Of a stretch of DNA of 44,209 nt, positions 23,045 through 32,163 are shown one piece after another. The notes under the pieces are model-generated. The model made no database searches. It saw nothing but the letters and a program-made list of their open reading frames with translations, and was not told the origin of the DNA. The stretch is from a virus, in the IMG/VR virus record IMGVR_UViG_2582581264_000001, positions 1 to 44,209 of that record; one strand, 5' to 3'. The position numbers and the translations under genes are program-made. How positions within the stretch are numbered: position 1 is the first letter of the stretch; each line of letters starts with the position of its first letter.

Positions 23045-23413
23045 GTGGCTGATTTATCGTTGGATGCCGGAGGTGATCTTGTTTTAAGCGCCACCGGAGA
23101 CTTGGCCACGGCTTCGGGAAGCCGTTACACGCAACAGCGCCTTTTGCGGCGCCTTTCGTCAATGCCTGCTTCTTACATCTGGCACCTCCCTTACGGTGGC
23201 GGCCTTCCTGCTTTTGTAGGGCGCCCAACCAACGCTGAAGCGATTGAAGCAGTTATTCGGGAGCAGTTGGCGCTTGAAGCGGGTGTTTCAGAGAACCCGG
23301 CCCCTACAATCACAGTTGACGCGGAACCAAACGGCCAAACATACGCGACCATTCGCTATGTGGACGCGGCAACGGGACAGACAGAAACCCTTTCGATGCC
23401 GGTGGGGCAATGA
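23045..23413 (+). CDS. baseplate protein W (GPW/gp25-like)
   Basis: 122 aa with a GTG start. LDAGGDLVLSATGDLATASGSRYTQQRLLRRL fits the gpW pattern, and the gene precedes the J-like gene. Confidence 0.65.
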   Translation: MADLSLDAGGDLVLSATGDLATASGSRYTQQRLLRRLSSMPASYIWHLPYGGGLPAFVGRPTNAEAIEAVIREQLALEAGVSENPAPTITVDAEPNGQTYATIRYVDAATGQTETLSMPVGQ

Positions 23414-24528
23414 CTCTTTCACTTCAAAATTTCACTTCTCTTGTGCAGGGTGCGGCGGCTGCGGTGCAGGGCGCATGTTCGACGCTGCTTGACCTCACAG
23501 TTGGTTCAGTGCTGCGGGCGATCTTGGAAGCCAATGCAGCGCTTGGTTTGTGGATGCAATGGCTAATCGTGCAGGTTCTAGCCGTTTCAAGGCTAAACAC
23601 CTCAACTGGCAGCGACGTTGACAGTTTTATTGAGCAGTTTGGCATGTCGCGCCTTCCTGCCATTGCATCCTCGGGCCAGCTTACCTTTTCGCGGTTTACT
23701 GCTACCGGCTCGGCTTTTGTCGCGGTAGGCGATCAAGCACGCACCGCAGGGGGGGCATATTTCACGGTAACAGCCGACACCTCAAACCCTGTCTATTCCG
23801 CCGCCCTGGCTGGCTATGTCGTGGCCGCCGGGACGGCAAGCATTACCGTTCCAGCCGTTGCGGCTGCCGCTGGTGCAGCCGGAAACGTGCAGGCCGGAGC
23901 GGTCAATCTGCTCGGCAATTCAATCTCAGGCATCGACACGGTGACGAACGCCGCCGCGTTTACCGGAGGCTTGGATGCAGAATCCGATACAGCTTGCATT
24001 GCCCGGTTTCCGCTCTTTTTAGCCAGCCTCGCGGGGGCTACCGTAAACGCGATTAAAGCGGCCATTGCGGGGGTTCAGCAAGGGCTTGATTATGCCATCT
24101 CCGAAAACGTCAACACTCAGGGGACCGCTCAGCTTGGCAATTTTGTGGTTACGGTTGATGATGGGAGCGGCAACCCTTCAGCGGCGTTACTGGCGGAGGT
24201 TAGCGGCGCTGTAAACGCGGAGCGACCAGTAGCCACAAGCTACTCAGTACAGGGGCCTACCGTCACATCCGCCGCCGTGACTTTCTCCTTTGATGCGCCT
24301 TCTACAATCAAAAGCAGCTTGATTGGCCCGGTACAAACCTCAGTAACAAACTTCATTAACCGGCTGACGATTGGCCAAACCCTTTCGCTCTCTCGCGTGT
24401 CAAATATCGCCTACAACGCAAGCGAATACATCTCAAACGTAACAAATGTGTTGATTAACGGGGTGGCAAGTGACTTGACACCTTCAGCCATGGGGGTTGT
24501 TCGCGCTTCCAGCGTGGTAGCCTCGTAA
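23410..24528 (+). CDS. baseplate J-like protein
   Basis: 372 aa with an ATGA overlap. Called by position and size relative to the W-like gene and the fibre genes. Confidence 0.7.
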   Translation: MTLSLQNFTSLVQGAAAAVQGACSTLLDLTVGSVLRAILEANAALGLWMQWLIVQVLAVSRLNTSTGSDVDSFIEQFGMSRLPAIASSGQLTFSRFTATGSAFVAVGDQARTAGGAYFTVTADTSNPVYSAALAGYVVAAGTASITVPAVAAAAGAAGNVQAGAVNLLGNSISGIDTVTNAAAFTGGLDAESDTACIARFPLFLASLAGATVNAIKAAIAGVQQGLDYAISENVNTQGTAQLGNFVVTVDDGSGNPSAALLAEVSGAVNAERPVATSYSVQGPTVTSAAVTFSFDAPSTIKSSLIGPVQTSVTNFINRLTIGQTLSLSRVSNIAYNASEYISNVTNVLINGVASDLTPSAMGVVRASSVVAS

Positions 24529-25238
24529 TGGCAACAGGCGATCAATCGGATATGGTAACGCGCTTAAAGGCGCTGTTGCCTCTTGGATGGTTTGGCAGCA
24601 AGACGATAATTCTCGACGGCCTATTGAATGGCCTTGCCTATGTTTGGGCTTGGGTCTTTAGCCTTACGGAGTGGGCGTTTAGTCAGCTTCGGCTCTCAAC
24701 CATGTCTGGAAGCTTTCTTGACATATTTGCAGTTGACTATCTTGGGCCTAACTTCCTTAGAAAGTCCAACGAGACAGACCCCGCTTTTCGGTCTCGGATT
24801 TACGGGGCGCTTGTGCCCCCGACAGGTACGCGGGCAAGTTTAATCGCTGCTATTTTCAAGCTTACTGGACGAAAGCCAGAAGTCTTTGAGCCTAGAAACC
24901 CTAGCGATACAGGCGGCTACGGCAGCTTATCAACCCCCGCGTGGACTGGCCTAGCATACGGCGTGGCGGGGGGTTATGGAAGCCTCAACCTGCCTTATCA
25001 GGCGTTTGTAACGGCATATAGGCCGCTCTCCCAAGGCATGCCCTTGATGGCGGGCTATCAACCGGCAGACGTTCTTTCTACCTCCACGATTTACGCGCCC
25101 CTCGGCTACGGCGTGGGGCTTGGCTCTTATGTGGATTATTCACAAGCTTTCGACGCTGCAACAGATAGCGACATTTATGCAGCGATAGCGGCGGCAAAAC
25201 CCGCCGCCTCGATCATGTGGACACGCATTAAATCTTAA
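24528..25238 (+). CDS. baseplate wedge / tail protein (P2 gpI or Mu gp48/DUF2313-like)
   Basis: The N-terminal MVTRLKALLPLGWF resembles DUF2313-type proteins. Positioned between the J-like gene and the fibre gene. Confidence 0.5.
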   Translation: MATGDQSDMVTRLKALLPLGWFGSKTIILDGLLNGLAYVWAWVFSLTEWAFSQLRLSTMSGSFLDIFAVDYLGPNFLRKSNETDPAFRSRIYGALVPPTGTRASLIAAIFKLTGRKPEVFEPRNPSDTGGYGSLSTPAWTGLAYGVAGGYGSLNLPYQAFVTAYRPLSQGMPLMAGYQPADVLSTSTIYAPLGYGVGLGSYVDYSQAFDAATDSDIYAAIAAAKPAASIMWTRIKS

Positions 25239-25255
25239 AAAAACAGGATTATGTC

Positions 25256-27250
25256 TTGGATAGAGTAATCGTTTACCCTAGCGCGATTCCGCTAGATACG
25301 GATATTTTGCAGCCCCAGCGGAATGAAATGGTTTCGCTTGGCTGGCTGTTGCAGTCTGTAATGGGCACCGAAACGGGCGCCGTTGGGTTGACCTGCACCC
25401 CCACGAACCCGGCAAGCCTAACCGTGAATATTGGTCCGGGCGCAATTTGGGCAAAATCCGAGGTTGATGCCAATTCCTTCGGCTCTCTCGCTGCGGACTC
25501 ATCCCCGCTTATGAAGATGGGTATTGCCGCAGAAGCGGCAGGAACCGATTTCACGCTTGCCGCTCCAGGTACGGCTGGCCAGTCAATCAATTATCTGATT
25601 GAGGCGTCCTTTGAAGAAGCAGACACAGACCCGGTTGTTCTGCCTTACGTTAACGCGGCAAACCCTTCTCAGCCATTCTCAGGGCCTAACAACTCTGGTG
25701 CTGCACAGAACAAGGTTCGCGCGCAAAAGGTTGCGCTTCAGCTTAAAGCCGGAGCAGCAGCAACGGCAGGCACTCAAGTTACGCCCGCCGTTGATGTTGG
25801 GTGGATTGGCCTTTATGTCGTTACGGTTAACTACGGACAAAGCGCCATCACCTCAACTTCAATCGCGCAATATGCAGGAAACGCCTTTCGCGGCCCTTCT
25901 CTGCTTGAGGTTATACAGTCCGGCGCGACGAATTTTGCTGTTGATAGCAGCCCCACGGCAAACGCTGTTATTTTGGCGTTCCGGCCCGCGCTGACAAACA
26001 CCACGCGGTTGACGGGAACCCGCATTGCCTTCCAGGCGGCCAATTCCAACACGGGCGCAACCAGCCTGACAGACGGCGTTTCGACCTGCACCCTATATGC
26101 CAACGGCGCGGCTATGGTGGGCGGCGAAATTGTGGGGGGCGCCCATTATGTTGCGGAGTATGCCGGAAACAATCAGTATAACCTGATTGCACAGAGCGCC
26201 GGAGAGGTTGCGGTTTCCGCCGCCACGCATGCAACGCATGCTGTAAATCTTGGCCAACTTTTTGAGACCCTTTGGCCTACGGCCAACGAAACCATTAATC
26301 CTACCGCTTTTTTTACGGTGGTTCTTCCCTCTGAAAGCAGCGGCGGCCTTACCTTGCCCTTGAACAAGGGGACCACGCCGGGGCAGCGCGTTTTTATCTA
26401 CGGCACCAACAGTGGCCCCGTAACGATTGCCACGGTAGATAATACTTTCAATATCCAATCCCCAAGCGTGATGCAAAACTCTTACACTCTGCCAAGCGTG
26501 TACGGTTGCTATGTTGAATTTCTTTGGGATGGCCTTGATTATCGCTATCAATCCGGCTCTCAGCCTGAGATTAGACCCGCCGTGCAAAGCTACCAGCCGC
26601 CTACACTCGGGCAAGTTCAGACTGCACTCAATGGCGTGGCGGCCTTCAGTATGCCCCGCCCGGGCGACCTGAACGCCGCTGGCTTGGGATGGAGTTCGTG
26701 GAACGCGGGGGACGGAAATATTCCCGTGGCTGGCTCTTACGGCATCGCTTGGACGGTTTCACAGACGGGAAGCGCCACCCCCAGCGCAAGCAACTGGCTG
26801 ACGCAAATTGCCTGGACAACGGCGGGCTTGCAATTCGTGAGGCAGAATGTTGATAACGCGGGCTGGGGGGCTTGGTCTCAGGTAGCCACAACCGCCGATC
26901 TTCAAGCATCTCAGGCGGTGCAGGCTACCTATTATAACGCGATCAACTACACCGCCAACTCCGTTACGAACATCACAACGTCCGTGACGTTTACAGCGCC
27001 AGCTACCGGAAAATTAGAGGTTATTGCAACCGCTGATTATTATTCGGGTTCAACTGACCTGTCAGTTTCAGCAACCAATGGAACGGTTGGATTTTTCCAG
27101 GCGTCCCGGTCTCCCGCTTCAGCGGGCGGCGCAGGCGCGGGGGTTGGGATTGTATCCGTGACAGCGGGGCAAAGCGTGACCATTCAGGCCAGCGCTTCGC
27201 AGGCCAGCGGCGGCCCGATGAATGTTGCGCTTTATGCCAAGTATATCTAA
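25256..27250 (+). CDS. tail fibre protein
   Basis: 664 aa, Ala/Gly/Thr/Ser-rich, TTG start with an AGGA RBS. Positioned after the baseplate genes. Confidence 0.75.
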   Translation: MDRVIVYPSAIPLDTDILQPQRNEMVSLGWLLQSVMGTETGAVGLTCTPTNPASLTVNIGPGAIWAKSEVDANSFGSLAADSSPLMKMGIAAEAAGTDFTLAAPGTAGQSINYLIEASFEEADTDPVVLPYVNAANPSQPFSGPNNSGAAQNKVRAQKVALQLKAGAAATAGTQVTPAVDVGWIGLYVVTVNYGQSAITSTSIAQYAGNAFRGPSLLEVIQSGATNFAVDSSPTANAVILAFRPALTNTTRLTGTRIAFQAANSNTGATSLTDGVSTCTLYANGAAMVGGEIVGGAHYVAEYAGNNQYNLIAQSAGEVAVSAATHATHAVNLGQLFETLWPTANETINPTAFFTVVLPSESSGGLTLPLNKGTTPGQRVFIYGTNSGPVTIATVDNTFNIQSPSVMQNSYTLPSVYGCYVEFLWDGLDYRYQSGSQPEIRPAVQSYQPPTLGQVQTALNGVAAFSMPRPGDLNAAGLGWSSWNAGDGNIPVAGSYGIAWTVSQTGSATPSASNWLTQIAWTTAGLQFVRQNVDNAGWGAWSQVATTADLQASQAVQATYYNAINYTANSVTNITTSVTFTAPATGKLEVIATADYYSGSTDLSVSATNGTVGFFQASRSPASAGGAGAGVGIVSVTAGQSVTIQASASQASGGPMNVALYAKYI

Positions 27251-27261
27251 GGGGCTTATCC

Positions 27262-27936
27262 TTGCAGTATTATCTTTTTGAGGCAAACGGCGCCATGGGC
27301 GCCGGGGTTGCTTATGACGACACGCTTCCTTCTGGTGCCGTTTCCTGCACACAAGCGCAGTATCAGAACCCGGATGCCTGGGCCATTAGCTCCGGGGCTA
27401 TCGTGGCTTCAACGCTCACTCTAGCGGCTGCGCAGGCCGCGCAACTCGCGGCTCTCAATCAGGCTTGTGCCTCGGCAATCACCGCGGGCTTTTCCGCCAC
27501 GATTAACGGAGCATCCGCCACGGTTACGCTTTCCGCTTCCGATCAGGCAAACATGACCATGAACGCTGCCACGGCGCAAACCGCGTTGCAGGCAGCAGCA
27601 TGGGCGAGCGGGGCAACCTACGCCAAAAACGCGCTGGTTATTGTGGGAGGCGTTCCCCTGGTGACGTTTAGCGGGGGCGTATCTGGAACCGCAGCGCCCG
27701 CAGCGCCCACGGCGTTTCAGTCTGCCGTCACGGATGGTGCTGTGACGTGGTATAAGCTTGGCTTTTGGCTTGGCACCTCCACCGGCAACGTGATGATTGC
27801 CCCCGCCGACATGATTCAGGTGTGCGGTGAAATGGTTGCGCATATCTCTCAATGCCGCAGCAAGTATGAAACCTTCAAGGCGCAGGTGCAGGCCGCGACA
27901 ACCGTTGCGGACGTTCAGGCGATTGTCTGGCAGTAA
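27262..27936 (+). CDS. tail-fibre-associated protein (DUF4376-like / fibre assembly)
   Basis: 224 aa. LAAAQAAQLAALNQACASAITAGF... and the C-terminal ATTVADVQAIVW resemble DUF4376-type proteins encoded next to fibre genes. Confidence 0.45.
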   Translation: MQYYLFEANGAMGAGVAYDDTLPSGAVSCTQAQYQNPDAWAISSGAIVASTLTLAAAQAAQLAALNQACASAITAGFSATINGASATVTLSASDQANMTMNAATAQTALQAAAWASGATYAKNALVIVGGVPLVTFSGGVSGTAAPAAPTAFQSAVTDGAVTWYKLGFWLGTSTGNVMIAPADMIQVCGEMVAHISQCRSKYETFKAQVQAATTVADVQAIVWQ

Positions 27937-27947
27937 TCCAGACGCAT

Positions 27948-27973
27948 AAGGCGCCTTCAGGCGCTTCTTTTTT
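27948..27973 (+). terminator. intrinsic terminator ending the morphogenesis operon
   Basis: Stem AGGCGCC/GGCGCTT (includes one G-T pair), loop TTCA, followed by CTTTTTT. Confidence 0.75.
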
Positions 27974-27984
27974 AAAGAAGAACA

Positions 27985-28194
27985 ATGACAAAAGATAAAG
28001 AAAAAACCTTCACCGTTGATGATTTGACGGCGGAACGCATCGCGGTACTGGTTGAGTTGGCGGAAAACGCCCGCATTGGAAAGAAAATGCTGCATTGGCT
28101 GGTTGTGCTGGGCACAATCGGCGGCAGCATCGCGTTTTTCGCAAACAATGTCATGTCTTTCCTAAAGGCCATGCGTCCTGGGGGCATCCACTAA
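27985..28194 (+). CDS. small membrane protein (69 aa)
   Basis: C-terminal hydrophobic segment MLHWLVVLGTIGGSIAFFANNVM. TAATG overlap with the next gene. Confidence 0.5.
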   Translation: MTKDKEKTFTVDDLTAERIAVLVELAENARIGKKMLHWLVVLGTIGGSIAFFANNVMSFLKAMRPGGIH

Positions 28195-29246
28195 TGGCCC
28201 GTTCTGTCTCGGCTGACGCACTCACCGCAGCCCGCAACGCCTTGGCTGAATACGGCAGCCTGCGCAAAGCAGCGGCGGCTCTCGGCATTCCCCACACCAC
28301 CCTTCAATCCCGCATTGCCATGGCTGAGCGGAAGCTTGAGCGTGAGGAAACCGGCTTTGATATGCCGGAATTGCCTTCCACACTACCCACCGCGCAAGCG
28401 CTGATTGAGCGGCGCAAGGCGGAGTTTGAGCGCGTGGACGCTGCAAAGCAGGCTAGGCGCTTGATTGACGTGCCGGTGAAATTGGCCGGGCCGGTTGGTG
28501 TGTCGTGGTTTGGCGACCCGCACCTTGATGACCCCGGCACTGATATTGCCCTGGTGGAGCGCCACGTTGAGCTAGTGAAGCGCACGCCGGGTCTTTTCGC
28601 TGCGAATATCGGGGATACTGGAAACCATTGGGTAGGGCGCTTGGCCCGGCTCTATGGCGAACAGTCCACCAGCGCGGCGGAGACTTGGGTGCTAGTGGAG
28701 TGGCTAATTCAAGCCCTTCCCTGGCTTGTGATTATCAATGGTAATCATGGTTGCTGGAATGGTGCGGGAGACCCGTTGCGGTGGCTTATCCGCCAGCAGC
28801 CGGGCGCCTTTGATGACAATGGCGTGAGGCTGAATCTCACTTTTCCGAACGGAAAAAAGATCCGTGTCAACGCCCGTCATGACTTCCGGGGTCACAGCAT
28901 GTGGAACCCGGCCCACGGGCTTGCAAAGGCCGTGCAAATGGGTTGGCGCGATCATCTGCTTGTTGCCGGTCATACCCACGTTACCGGCTACAACGTGCTT
29001 AAAGACCCGGCCAGCGGCCTTATATCCCATGCGTTGCGGATTGCCAGCTACAAGACCCACGACCGCTATGCGGACACGCTAGGGCTTCCTGATTCAAACA
29101 TCACGGCCAATGCTGTTACGATCTTCGACCCCGAAGCCACCAGCGAGCGCAACCTTGTGACTGTTTTCCTCGACCCGGAGGAAGGTGCAGACTTTCTGAC
29201 TTGGAAGCGCGGGAAGTATGAGCAGGCCAAGCGCGCCAACGTATAA
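28194..29246 (+). CDS. calcineurin-like metallophosphoesterase with an N-terminal HTH domain
   Basis: Motifs GDPHLD, GDTGNHW, GNHG and GHTH occur in the canonical order. N-terminal HTH-like LRKAAAALGIPHTTLQSRI. Start at ATG 28194. Confidence 0.8.
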   Translation: MARSVSADALTAARNALAEYGSLRKAAAALGIPHTTLQSRIAMAERKLEREETGFDMPELPSTLPTAQALIERRKAEFERVDAAKQARRLIDVPVKLAGPVGVSWFGDPHLDDPGTDIALVERHVELVKRTPGLFAANIGDTGNHWVGRLARLYGEQSTSAAETWVLVEWLIQALPWLVIINGNHGCWNGAGDPLRWLIRQQPGAFDDNGVRLNLTFPNGKKIRVNARHDFRGHSMWNPAHGLAKAVQMGWRDHLLVAGHTHVTGYNVLKDPASGLISHALRIASYKTHDRYADTLGLPDSNITANAVTIFDPEATSERNLVTVFLDPEEGADFLTWKRGKYEQAKRANV

Positions 29247-29255
29247 GGCCACAAC

Positions 29256-29741
29256 ATGAAAAAACAGAGTGCCGCCCCTGATGGGGGCGGCTTGCGGTAT
29301 GACGACGAAAAGCCGCGCTATGATCTCATTCCACCCGACGCGCTCCACGCTCTAGCGGTGCATTACACTATTTCCCTGAAAAAGTATCCAGAAAGGAATT
29401 GGGAACGCGGCATGGCCTGGGGGAAATGCTTTGCATCCCTCATGCGACACGCTTGGGCGTGGATGCGCGGCGAAGATTTCGACCCGGAAACCGGCTCACA
29501 CCACATGATTGCAGCGGCGTGGAACGCCCTCGCAATCGCAACCTACCACATGCGCGGAATTGGAAACGATGACCGCCCCGGCTTCAACAAGGAAAAGCCA
29601 TGTTTTACTACCTCGCTACCCCATACTCAAAATACAAGGGCGGCCTGGATGCTGCTTATAAGATGGCCCTGGACGCTACGGCAAAAATTATGGGGATGGG
29701 CTATCCGGTCTATTCCCCGATTGTTCACGGCCACCCCGTAG
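29256..29741 (+). CDS. DUF5664-like (dATP/dGTP diphosphohydrolase N-terminal-type, MazG-related) protein
   Basis: LRYDDEKPRYDLIPPDALHALAVHY...KKYPERNWERG...LMRHAWAWMRGEDFDPETGSHHMIAAAWNALAI matches the family pattern as I remember it. The last 47 codons overlap the next gene. Confidence 0.6.
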   Translation: MKKQSAAPDGGGLRYDDEKPRYDLIPPDALHALAVHYTISLKKYPERNWERGMAWGKCFASLMRHAWAWMRGEDFDPETGSHHMIAAAWNALAIATYHMRGIGNDDRPGFNKEKPCFTTSLPHTQNTRAAWMLLIRWPWTLRQKLWGWAIRSIPRLFTATP

Positions 29742-29950
29742 CAGCCCGCGCAGGCATCCATATGACAGATCATGATTTCTGGATGAAGGTTGACGCGCCC
29801 ATGATGGAAAGCGCTAAGGGCATCATAGTTTACATGGCGACCGGATGGGAAGAATCCCGAGGGATGGCGCATGAAATCAAAGAGTTTGTCCGCATGCGCA
29901 AGCCAATTCTGCACATTCAGCCGTTTTTCCCTGAGCATCGCTCATGCTGA
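29600..29950 (+). CDS. DUF1937 / nucleoside 2-deoxyribosyltransferase-like protein
   Basis: MFYYLATPYSKY...GYPVYSPIVHGH...IIVYMATGWEESRGMAHEIKEF matches the DUF1937 pattern. AAGGAAAAG RBS. Confidence 0.65.
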   Translation: MFYYLATPYSKYKGGLDAAYKMALDATAKIMGMGYPVYSPIVHGHPVAARAGIHMTDHDFWMKVDAPMMESAKGIIVYMATGWEESRGMAHEIKEFVRMRKPILHIQPFFPEHRSC

Positions 29951-30387
29951 AGCTGTTTTTTTCTGAAGGCTCCGGCATTGGTGGCGCTATAGTCCGCACC
30001 GCAACATGGTCTTGGTGCGCTCACACAGGTTTTCTTTTGAAGAACGGGAATATCCTCGACGCGCACCCGACCTATGGGGTTTCAGAGCGCAAGGCTGATT
30101 TCACCGGGCGGGTGGAATACTTCGCCCTCCCTCAGATCAGCAGCACCCGCGCAGCGCTGATTTTACGTTGCGCCCGCGAGGAAATTGGAAAGCCCTATGA
30201 TTGGGGCGGAATTGTCAATTTTGGGCTGCATCGCAACTGGCGGTCAAAGGATGCGTGGTTCTGTAGTGAGTTCGTGGCATGGGCGATGGCGCGAGCTGGA
30301 ACGCCGCTGCTACGCACCGACCATGTGAACAGGGTTACGCCCCGTGACCTTTTACTTTCACCGCATCTTTGTTCTTCTTCTTGGTGA
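29944..30387 (+). CDS. permuted papain-like (YaeF/YiiX, NlpC/P60-superfamily) amidase
   Basis: The His (WCAHTG) precedes the catalytic-type Cys (WFCSEFVAW), and GKPYDWGG is present. That order is the circularly permuted arrangement. Confidence 0.55.
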   Translation: MLKLFFSEGSGIGGAIVRTATWSWCAHTGFLLKNGNILDAHPTYGVSERKADFTGRVEYFALPQISSTRAALILRCAREEIGKPYDWGGIVNFGLHRNWRSKDAWFCSEFVAWAMARAGTPLLRTDHVNRVTPRDLLLSPHLCSSSW

Positions 30388-30390
30388 TAT

Positions 30391-30918
30391 ATGGATAATT
30401 TTATACCGTGCCGCAATTTCACATTGCAGGAAGAAGGCGGATTCGTGGACAATCCGTGCGACCCTGGGCGCGCCACGAAATACGGCATTACCATCAAAAC
30501 GCTCAGCGCGTGGCGCAAGCGCGCTTGTACTGTGCAAGACGTTAAAGCGCTATCCTCCTTTGAAGCTGGCGCAATTTACCGTGCATGGTACTGGATTCCG
30601 GGCCTACCGCCAGGAATCGACTTGATGACATTTGACTTCGGCGTGAACGCGGGGGACCGCGAATCTGTGGAGCTATTGCAGCGAGCCGCCGGTTTTGTGG
30701 GTGACTTTGTTGATGGTGTGTGCGGCCCTGAAACGCGCGGGCGCGTGTCCGCGTGCAACCCCGTGGAGCTAATCAAAGCATTAGGAATAGCCCAAGAGGC
30801 ATTTTATAGAAAGCTTCCTACTTTTGTGGAGTTTGGTGACGGATGGACGAAAAGAACAGATCGCCGCGAAGCCGTCGCCCTGGGGATGGTCCCCAAAAAA
30901 ATGCAGATTGCAGCTTAA
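30391..30918 (+). CDS. GH108 family muramidase (endolysin) with a PG_binding_3-like C-terminus
   Basis: FTLQEEGGFVDNPCDPGRATKYGIT...YRAWYW...FDFGVNAG...LQRAAG...DGVCGPETR...GWTKR matches the GH108 signature. Confidence 0.85.
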   Translation: MDNFIPCRNFTLQEEGGFVDNPCDPGRATKYGITIKTLSAWRKRACTVQDVKALSSFEAGAIYRAWYWIPGLPPGIDLMTFDFGVNAGDRESVELLQRAAGFVGDFVDGVCGPETRGRVSACNPVELIKALGIAQEAFYRKLPTFVEFGDGWTKRTDRREAVALGMVPKKMQIAA

Positions 30919-30936
30919 CAATTTTTCGGGATTGAT

Positions 30937-31314
30937 ATGAACAGTTACGTTTCCGCGCTGCTTGCCGCAGCGCACATTTCTGCCGTTCTTCCGTACTTGA
31001 CGGTAGCTGTTGCGGTTGCCAGCGCCATTGACGCAGCCTTTCCGCAGCCCGCGCCCGGTTCTCACTGGTTGCCGGTGCGAAAGGTGATTTCCTTTATCGC
31101 TATTAACTTCGGCGCTGCGAAGAATGGTAGCCAGCCACCCTTTGCGACGTGGCTCTTGCGCGTCATGTCGTCGGTTGAGGACGCGGCCAGGGTAGCGGGG
31201 GATTCCGCGCGGGTCTCCGAAGCAGTTGAATTGAAGCGCAGGATTGAACGCCTAACGCCACCTTCTCCCGCGCCGGTTCCGGCTGCGCCGCCTTCCCCTG
31301 CGCCGGTGGCGTGA
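30937..31314 (+). CDS. membrane protein, candidate holin
   Basis: N-terminal hydrophobic segments (SALLAAAHISAVLPYLTVAVAVASAI, VISFIAINFGAA) and a Pro-rich tail. Adjacent to the endolysin gene. Confidence 0.45.
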   Translation: MNSYVSALLAAAHISAVLPYLTVAVAVASAIDAAFPQPAPGSHWLPVRKVISFIAINFGAAKNGSQPPFATWLLRVMSSVEDAARVAGDSARVSEAVELKRRIERLTPPSPAPVPAAPPSPAPVA

Positions 31315-31321
31315 GGCGGAC

Positions 31322-31717
31322 ATGAAACTCAAACACCTTCAGGGCATCGTTGGCGCCTTCCTGGCCGTAGCTGTGTGCGTTGGCCTAAGCGCCTGCGCTC
31401 ACCCTCCGGCAGCCCTGTCCGTTTCTAATGTTCCGGCGCCGGTTACAGCGCTAATGACAACCTATATGGCGGCGGATGCAGGGGCGATGACCTACGAAGC
31501 GCTCCCAGCGTGCGGCGCAGGCCAGACGCCATGTAAAACTGCCGCCACCGTGGCGGAAATCAAGGCCCTGGATGACGCGGCCTGGAAAGCTATCACGCCC
31601 GTAGTGAAGGCGGCGGAGACTGGCCAGAGCGTGACAAACGCGGCTGAAACCTCCGCAGCGCAGGCCGCCGTTTCGGCCTTTTCGTCTTATCTCTCACAAC
31701 ATGGAGTTAAAAACTGA
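31322..31717 (+). CDS. lipoprotein (lipobox LSAC), possible spanin component
   Basis: Signal peptide MKLKHLQGIVGAFLAVAVCVGLSAC. Positioned in the lysis block. Confidence 0.55.
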   Translation: MKLKHLQGIVGAFLAVAVCVGLSACAHPPAALSVSNVPAPVTALMTTYMAADAGAMTYEALPACGAGQTPCKTAATVAEIKALDDAAWKAITPVVKAAETGQSVTNAAETSAAQAAVSAFSSYLSQHGVKN

Positions 31718-32010
31718 TGCTTGCCGCCTTCCTGGCAGCTTTGCAGGTAATCTTGCAAGACCTGCCCGAGTTCGCCGCAATCTGGCCAACCCTGGAAAAG
31801 ACCATCTCAACGGGGGCTGAGCCGACCCCGGCCGACCTTGCCAAAATTTGGGCCGCCGCCGCCGCTGTGCATGAGCGCGTTCAGTCTGGCGGCGCTTCCG
31901 CCGACCCCGCCGCCATTGCTTCAGCAGCCGTCACAGACGCGGCGAGCGCGGCTTCCGGCACTCTAGCGGCCCCGCAGGAAGCCCAAACGCCCGCGACTCC
32001 CGTAGGGTAG
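31717..32010 (+). CDS. hypothetical protein (97 aa)
   Basis: TGATG overlap with the previous gene. Ala-rich. Confidence 0.45.
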   Translation: MLAAFLAALQVILQDLPEFAAIWPTLEKTISTGAEPTPADLAKIWAAAAAVHERVQSGGASADPAAIASAAVTDAASAASGTLAAPQEAQTPATPVG

Positions 32011-32043
32011 TCAAGTCTAAAATATTACTATTAGGAATAAAAA

Positions 32044-32078
32044 AGGCCGTCCCCACCCTGGACGGCCTTTCTCTTTTT
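32044..32078. terminator. bidirectional intrinsic terminator
   Basis: 9-bp stem AGGCCGTCC/GGACGGCCT with a 7-nt loop, flanked by AATAAAAA upstream and TTCTCTTTTT downstream. Confidence 0.8.
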
Positions 32079-32132
32079 GAGGTATGCGCGAATGACCGCC
32101 GTTTGGCGGCGATTCGGAGAGTGACATTGAGC

Positions 32133-32163
32133 TAGAAAAATCGAAGGCCGCCCGAAGGCGGCC
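32133..32163 (-). terminator. minus-strand intrinsic terminator with no adjacent minus-strand gene
   Basis: Stem GGCCGCC/GGCGGCC (32146-32163) with loop CGAA. On the minus strand it is followed by TTCGATTTTTCT. Confidence 0.6.
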
